Assembly: GCA_051362555.1 (NCBI GenBank)
Contig: CM120645.1
Location: 22,196,001 to 22,260,000, forward strand
DNA length: 64,000 bases
Source: Lingula anatina
Taxonomy: Eukaryota > Animalia > Brachiopoda
Reading direction: 5' to 3'
How positions within the stretch are numbered: position 1 is the first letter of the stretch; each line of letters opens with the position of its first letter. Of this stretch, positions 51,718-64,000 are shown in pieces. The translations under genes and the position numbers were made by a program. A model generated the notes under the pieces. The model searched no databases. It had not been told where the DNA came from and saw only the letters and a program-made list of their open reading frames with translations.

Positions 51718-54273
51718 TAATACCTACCTGTAGTGTATAAAGGATTGGTGGTTGGCATCAATGGCGACGGAGACGGGTCCGACACTGCTCAGAGCGGAGG
51801 CCAGACCAGACTCGCTACCACGGCGGATATCGGTGTGTCCTTTTACTGTGGCGCCGATGCTGTTCTTGCTGAAGTGGCATGTGCCGTCCTGTTGGAAGGG
51901 AGGGGGGAGCAGAGAGAGAACAGATATTTGAACTTTCATGACTACATGGCCAATGGCAATTATTTTTCTATTGACTCAAATGTTCAGTTTAGTTACAGGC
52001 AGTTATATAGAAAATTACTATAGTTGAAGCAATTACATATATCATTGCCTTTGTTGCAAAGAAAAAAGAAGTTCGAGTCTCATGGAAGTATCAAGTTGAG
52101 GCCCAAGACGAAAACGAGGCAAATTATGACACCTTAAAAAATTCGTTAAGCCCTCTGAAAACCGCTTTTGTAATAGCTACAGTCAAGGTTCAGTAAGGTG
52201 AATTTGACGTTGGTCATTAAAAGATAAGCAATTAAATATATAAAAATATGTCCCGTTATACATACCTTGTTCTGGTATGGGTAGGAGCTCTCAGTGTCAA
52301 TTCCTCCGTTAGCTGCGATGTATCTGAAGGCGTTGTCCATGATGCCTCCCTCGCAGCCATGGTTGCCTTAACAAAATAAATAAATAAATAAAAATTAACA
52401 ATTTTGAATAGTTAGTGATACTAGAGGTACGAGTAATATTGATTGTTCCCAATTTTTTTTTTAATTCAACTTTGTCGTTCCTCAGAAGCAACACCATATT
52501 GCGATATATGCAATATCAGCGTCAATGAGCAGTATATACGGATTAATACGGAGGCTAGGATTGTTTTGTTTCTTTCCTTGTAAGTTGTCTACTGCCTATG
52601 GGCGTGTGTTAAAAACAAATCTAACTAACAGAGAGAGAGAGATTCTCTACATTACCGTATCTCTGTGAGCAATCAACCAGCTGTTGTTCGGAGAGTGAGA
52701 CCAGCTTGCCGGTGGCTCTCTTGTGTTGACCTTCCACAGAGCCGTGTTAATGTCTCAGACACTAAGCTCTGCAGAATTTTCAGTGAACAGTTTATGGCTA
52801 AAGGACACTTGCACCGATACTTTATCGACGTAACCTCAATAATGGATATAGTGATAAAATTTGACAAGCAGGGACATCAAAATTTCATAATTATCGCATG
52901 ATTCCCGTGTTCGCGGAAGCACCTGTTGTTATCCTACATATACAGTAACAATGCAAATATCAGTAAAACGATGTGTCCAGAAACGGTATCATCCTCACTC
53001 GTCCGCTAACTTCACTTGATAACAATCACTGAAAACAACACACAAATCTATGTATAGGAAATAGATGAGCTTCGATAATTTCCCAGTTGATAATAATGTT
53101 AAATTCGTTGATCACGTACTTGATTAGCAGTTTATTGAAATACTGAGCAACAGTTGGGTATAATCTGAATAAGTTCTTTCTTAATCAACTAATTTTTATT
53201 TGCGTTTTGTTCCATCCGACCATCCGACCTTACTAAGTTTAAAAAGGAACCTTGTTTTTTAACCAATTCCTTAGTTTTTGGATGTACGATAAAGATTTTT
53301 CAGTCTAAAAAGACTACAAACTAATAGATGAGCGGCAGAAGGCCAGAATTTTCAGATTTAGTGTCCCCTTTATACACAGACCTGAATTATATATCATTTG
53401 AAAGCTCAGGGTCTGCTGGTCAAAGTTAGCCATTATGTGGAAAGGGCAATTCCGTACGTAACCATGTAAACGGACAAAATCCAAGATGTCCGCCTGTTTT
53501 TGCATTTTTTTTTTTTTTTAAATTTACAAATCAATGATAACAAGTGTTTTGCGATGTGTATCGAAGAAAATACAAGTTACCTACCTGTAAGATTCCTCGT
53601 CATATGACCCGTATGATTTCCCATGGAAGTTCTTCCATGTCTCCCACTCAGAGTCCAGGGTCTTGTCAAAGGTATAGAGCTGAGAGAGGGCCACGCCCAC
53701 ACAGGCAAATAGTACCAACAGACGCATCTGGAAAACATGCGTTTTTAACTGTCATTATTTATGGTCTTCAGTTTGAAAGCAACAAGCAACGAAGTCCTCA
53801 CTTTGGATTTACATCAACACAGGAGTGAACCAAATAGTCAAATCAAAAACAACAAAATCAATGTATAAATAATAGAATAAATCGATAAATATAATGATGT
53901 AATGAATAAGTAATAACTTATCTATGTAGCAACAACCTTGTCATGACTTAATGATATTCTAAATAAGAAATGAAAATGAGAATGATTATTATAAACATTC
54001 TGACACAAATAAATTACTAACAAGCATTAGTTAAAATGATGTTTTATTGACGAGCGACCACTGTAAATTAAAAAAATTCTAAGCTGAAAATTATTTTTGA
54101 AAATAGAAATTCCTGAAGAATTACTGATGCAATAGACAATGCTTTTACACTCAATGCCACATCGATTCAAGTTTGTAGCGTCTTGGTCACATACGGGTAT
54201 ACACAGTTCTCTTACCTTTCAAACTGTAGTCTGGCAAAAACGCTGAGAGTGACGCGATGTGCTCTCCCTGCTG

Positions 54274-54281
54274 TATTTATA
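54274..54281 (-). promoter_or_regulatory. TATA box of the cathepsin L pseudogene copy
   Basis: TATAAATA on the minus strand upstream of a short non-coding exon ending in a GTAAG donor near 54214; conserved with 63754-63761. Confidence 0.6.
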
Positions 54282-54307
54282 CCCATGGTCACTAACTGAT
54301 AACAGTA

Positions 54308-55813
54308 CAGGGTTGCTACTTAATATAGAATATTTTTATCATTGCTTTTTTTTTAATGCTGATTTAATTTTGTTTGGCTTGAGTCATTAAAAAAGTATGT
54401 CACTGAATAATAAAAACATCCAGTCTTCTGTTTCAGTCAATGATATCAAATCTGACATAAGATGCCATTCAAAAGAAAGGAACACCCCCATAAAACCATA
54501 TCAACAGTTTGATGTCAGTATTAACTTTGAGCTAAGATTTTAAAGAAAATGATAGCCATTCGGACAGTGATATGTTACACAGTCAAAAACTCACTACAGT
54601 AAATTATGAAAAGTCAGTAATTGTGGGTATGACCTCCAGCAGACGCTTGCAGCGCCCTCATCCTACATGGCACACCCTGTGACACGTTTTTTAGAGTTTG
54701 GATGGGGGACATCATTCCACTCAGTAATATTTGCCTGTCGCAGTTCATCACTATTTACCGGCCGATGACCATAGCTATTAATTCTGTGAGTTACTTTTGC
54801 CCAAAGGTTTTCAATTGGGTTCATATCTGGAGAGTTTGAAGGCCAGGAAAGTTGCTGAACCCATTGGTTTTGAAGAAAAATAGTGATTCTGCGGCCTCGA
54901 AGTGGGGTTGCGCAGTCGTCTTGGTACACAAAGTTGTTCCTGAAGATGACTCTTACCAATCAAAGCATCGTTTGCTTTAGAAGGTCTCTGTAGGAATCCT
55001 GGATAAGGTTGCCTCCTAGAAAAACCAACTGGCTATGGGCACCGACATGAAATGCTCCCCAAACAGAGACGTTACCATTCCCTGCTTGCACCCTAGGCAG
55101 TGCACAATCATTGTTTTATGCCCATCGTACACGTCGGTGGACAGGGATTCGACCGTCAACGCTGAAGAATCCATATCTGGCCTCATCACTGAAAACGACG
55201 TGATTCCAGTGTTTTGGCTGCAAACTCACGTGGTCCGCAGCCCATTGCAGACGTCGCTGTATATGACCTGTTGTTAACAGTGGTTTCCCTACTGGCCTTC
55301 GTGCAAAATAACCGGCTTGCAGTAACCTCTTGTTCACTAGGGACCTTGAAACGTGCGTTTGAATGACATTCTGCCTCTCTTTTCTGAGCAGCACGGCGAC
55401 CTCTAAGGAGAAGGCGATTGAGTCTTCTTGGTGTGTTACGCGGACACTCTGGTCAAGGTATTGGAGTAGTTGCCCCTGTTGCAGCATTTCTTTGGAGGAC
55501 TTTACAAACGGTTCCTGATAAATGTTGAATTACCTGTCCGTTTCTGGCCATTATCTCTGAGAGCAAGAATCCCACAGTAAGCTGTGTTACTTAGCTGTCG
55601 AACCATATCTTCACTAAAATACCTGTCAAGTTTCAGAGCGATCCCTTTGTTGTTTCTCTGAACACACTGCAAAGATTGGCCAAACCCATGCGTTTTTATA
55701 CAAGGGCAGAAATTGCCGAAAAGACCACCCCTCACATTACTGACCACAGAACATGCAATTGCATGCATCAATTGTTTCGAGAGTTGTGTGATAATTAGGT
55801 AACACACCTGGCT
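54308..55813 (-). mobile_element. Decayed Tc1/mariner (Tc1-type) transposon
   Basis: Frameshifted transposase: RRP..KPLLT..H...RLQWA, WNHVVFSDE, YQDD.A, WPSNSPDMNPIENLW. One probable end is TA|CAGGGTTGCTAC at 54308; the matching TIR was not seen. Confidence 0.88.
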
Positions 55814-56582
55814 ACTCAAATGTGAGAGGCAGCTTTATTTGTTAAAACGAAATCTTGTGTGGGAATACAAAACTAACGCCAAACGGATAGATATCGCGGA
55901 TGATCTTCGGCTATCAAGATACTCCCTGTAGCTATTAAGCAGTTTTTGTATCCTACATTAGAAAACAGTTAAATACAAGCCGCATATCTTTAAAATTCCC
56001 ATGAAGGTTTGGGACACTTAAACGAGGCCATAATTGATTGAATAACGAACGAGACTCCTGCCTGACTATCCAACGAGTGCATCGTTTTAAACGTCGGTGT
56101 TTCATTTCAAATGTATTCAATAAATGTTATATCGATTATTTAAAACGTGTTTGGTTTCGTCATTAGTTTGTGTTGTCGAAATATGCCATCCGCTTCCCAA
56201 ATTTTAGTCATTCGCTTAATTTTTCTTAAATAAATAAAATTACGATATGCGTCCACGACCCTGTTGACCGATAACGGCAGTTTCTTTGCATGAACCCAAT
56301 TTTATCCCCCCGCCACCCCCGCCACCCCCCCCCCCCCCAAAAAAAAAAAAAAAAGTACAAGCTGCATGAATGCTCCCTACCATTTAACATGAACATTAAA
56401 ATGTGAAGTATATAAGTTTTGGTCTGTATGAAGGACCATGCTGTAGGAAACTAAAACTGTTTAATGTTTTCTGTTTAATTTCTCATAAAAGATCATTGAT
56501 CTCACGTGGAAGCGCATTTGAACGTATGGCACGGTGTCCATTATAGCCTGTTGTTCAATGCAGGGACTCTCATGCATATTGT

Positions 56583-57400
56583 CACGCTCGGCTGTCACCT
56601 TGATTGGATAGTAAACGGTTGTCGTAAAATCGCTAAATGATATTAAAACCCGGTGCATAAACTTGAAAACCACCTAGGACAACCTTAGACTGCCACATTA
56701 ATCCAATACAACGCAAAAATAAACTATAACAAGTGGTTAAAGCCTTCAAACCGAATGCCGTAAAGTCCCCATATACCTCCATAGAGACAATAAAATAGAA
56801 GAAGCTTCTGAAACAAGAAAAATCCAGTTCCAACATAATAATCGAAATAAAATACTGCCGGGCATCGGAGCGGCCTAAAACTTGGCACGCTTACCGCTAA
56901 TACTGCAGGCTACATCATCCCGTCGCTCGTTTGTAAATTCCGTGCATGGCATACGCACAATCAAACCGTATATCCAAATTCCACCTCTGATGTTTGAATT
57001 GGTCCTCTCTAACCTACCATAACGAAAAAGAAGCCATGCCATTGGACAATGCGACCTCTGCGGTTACGTCATTTCCTGAATTGGATTGTAGAGAGGACCA
57101 AGTTTTAGGCCGCTCCGATGCCCGGCAGTATTTTATTTCGATTATTATGTTGGAACTGGATTTTTCTTGTTTCAGAAGCTCCTTCTATTTTATTGTCTCT
57201 ATGGAGGTATATGGGGACTTTACGACATTCGGTTTGAAGGCTTTAACCACTTGTTATAGTTTATTTTTGCGTTGTATTGGATTAATGTGGCAGTCTAAGG
57301 TTGTCCTAGGTGGTTTTCAAGTTTATGCACCGGGTTTTAATATCATTTAGCGATTTTACGACAACCGTTTACTATCCAATCAAGGTGACAGCCGAGCGTG
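56583..57400. mobile_element. Foldback non-autonomous DNA transposon with 303-bp TIRs and 8-bp TSD
   Basis: 56583-56885 and 57098-57400 are near-perfect inverted repeats (CACGCTCGGC...GCCGAGCGTG). TSD CATATTGT at 56575-56582 and 57401-57408. Empty site in the paralogue near 49820. Confidence 0.92.
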
Positions 57401-58108
57401 CATATTGTAATGAAGTTTACAAATGGAAAATATATATACTGGGGACTTTTATTTCAAGCAAGAGTGCTAACGCGTTTTCACATCAAAGTAAAAACAATTG
57501 AAAACGAATGCGCTGCACAGCATCATATACTTTTGCTTTAAAAACTTGAGGCGTCTAAGGGTAAAACTACGCGATCGTATATCCATTGAGCCACAGGTCA
57601 TGTGTCAGTGTTTTAAAGATTAATCTGATCCTGTTGTAGTTACTAAAAATGTCTGTTGACTTCCACCTCCATCCCCCCCTCCCCGAAAAAAAACTCAAAT
57701 TCGTGACTTTCTAATAGGCAAATTATGCGACCTGTAGGCCCTACAAGTCTAACGATTTTTTGTAACCGTTTATGAGTTCTGAACATGTAGATCGGAACTT
57801 TAATAGGGTTCTGTAAACATCCTAGCAATCTTCTCGTATGTCACATTAAGCATATGATTATTTCAAAGAAGAGAGAACAATTTCAAACAAACCACTGAAG
57901 ATTATATGGTTTGCGACTATTCAATTTTTATTGGCATTTACGAAAAAGAGTAATTACATATTTCCTAATGAAAAGCTCAAGTCTGAATTTCACAGCCTTG
58001 GTTCAAATATTTATATTCTTATCGTGGTGTTGTATTGCGGTTTGTATCCAACTCATATGTCCATAAGGCGTTGTCCTTTTCATTTGACCTATTTCTTGCA
58101 CGTGCTGC

Positions 58109-63163
<5,055 letters not shown>

Positions 63164-63753
63164 CTGGAAGACATGCCGTTTTTAAGTGTCATTATTAAAG
63201 GTTTTCAGTTTGAAAACAAAAATCAACGAACCCCCCATTTTGGATAACACATCGATACACGATCGAGTCCACTAAAAACGTGACAGCCTAATTAAAAACA
63301 GCAAAATTAATGTATAAATGATAGAATAAATAGTTAAATAAATTGATGAAATAAATAAGCAACAACGTTCAACGTTCTATATGCTTATCTATATTACATG
63401 TAGCGACAACCTTTTCATGATTTAATGATATATAGTAAATAGAAAATGAAAACAAGGATGATTACTATAAACATATCTGACACAAATAAATTACGCACAA
63501 GCAATAGTTAAAATGACATTTGAATTGACGAGCGACCACTGTAAATTAAAATAATTTCTAAGCTGAAATTTATTTTTAAAAATTAGAAATTACTGAAGAA
63601 TTACTGATGCAATAGACAATGTTTTCACACTCAATGCCACATCGATTCAAGTTTGTAACGTCTTGGTCACATACGGGTATCCCCAGTTCTCTTACCTTTC
63701 AAACTATCGTCTGGCAAAAACGCGGAGAGTGACGCGATGTGCTCTCCCCGCTG

Positions 63754-63761
63754 TATTTATA
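63754..63761 (-). promoter_or_regulatory. TATA box of the intact cathepsin L gene
   Basis: TATAAATA on the minus strand about 30 bp upstream of a probable start; non-coding exon about 63696-63731 ends in a GTAAG donor. Confidence 0.6.
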
Positions 63762-64000
63762 CCCATGGTCACAAACTGATAAGAATACATTGATGTCATA
63801 ACATTTGGTACCCGATCCAAGTTTGGAAACTTTTTCAGCAGCTGAAACAATGGTCACATGCAGTCCGTTTCACCGAGCCGTTTCGTGACTTGACTGGAAT
63901 GGTTGATACGCCCACAGTGACGTGTCCATAGCTGATAATGGTAAACTTGGCCATTCTGCAGACTCTATTTTGATCTAGGGTTTTGGGATTTAAAACAAGT

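Larger units (their letters stand above)
50481..53727 (-). pseudogene. CTSL: Cathepsin L-like paralogue with an internal deletion removing propeptide exons and the catalytic Cys
   Basis: Retains exons 53585-53727, 52657-52744 (partial), 52266-52366, 51728-51888, 50830-50928, 50481-50580. At about 52744 the exon is fused to intron sequence homologous to about 62384, so the [10 protein letters not shown] region is absent. An in-frame TAA lies just upstream of the exon remnant. Confidence 0.85.

Noticed and set aside
56461-57501. Mirror-image ORFs on both strands (MLELDFSCFR..., MVFKFMHRV...)
   Set aside because: By-products of the 303-bp inverted repeat; no recognisable domains.

Overview
AT-rich, intron-rich animal genomic DNA, probably a marine invertebrate (mollusc-like; this is inference from gene and repeat content). 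Gene models were assembled by hand from GT-AG boundaries and reading phase. In order: (1) the 5' part of a secreted C-type lectin + tandem fibronectin type II gene; (2) two intact tandem paralogues of a 12-exon secreted protein with signal peptide, PAN/apple-like domain, Cys-rich EGF-like segment and three CTHRC1 C-terminal-like domains but no collagen helix; (3) cytoplasmic isoleucyl-tRNA synthetase, head-to-head with kish-B/TMEM167B; (4) a small secreted Gly/Asn-rich protein with a Met-rich tail; (5) a tandem cathepsin L pair, one copy lacking the exons that carry the catalytic Cys, the other intact but with a 13-copy 76-bp array built from its own exon end and splice donor. Mobile elements: a young 5'-truncated RTE LINE nested in a Ginger-like MITE, Helentron-type HINEs, a THAP/Harbinger (ISL2EU-like) relic, a Tc1 relic, an 818-bp foldback element with 303-bp TIRs, and several small MITEs. 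The best candidates for novelty are the collagen-less triple-CTHRC1 proteins and the exon-end echo arrays.
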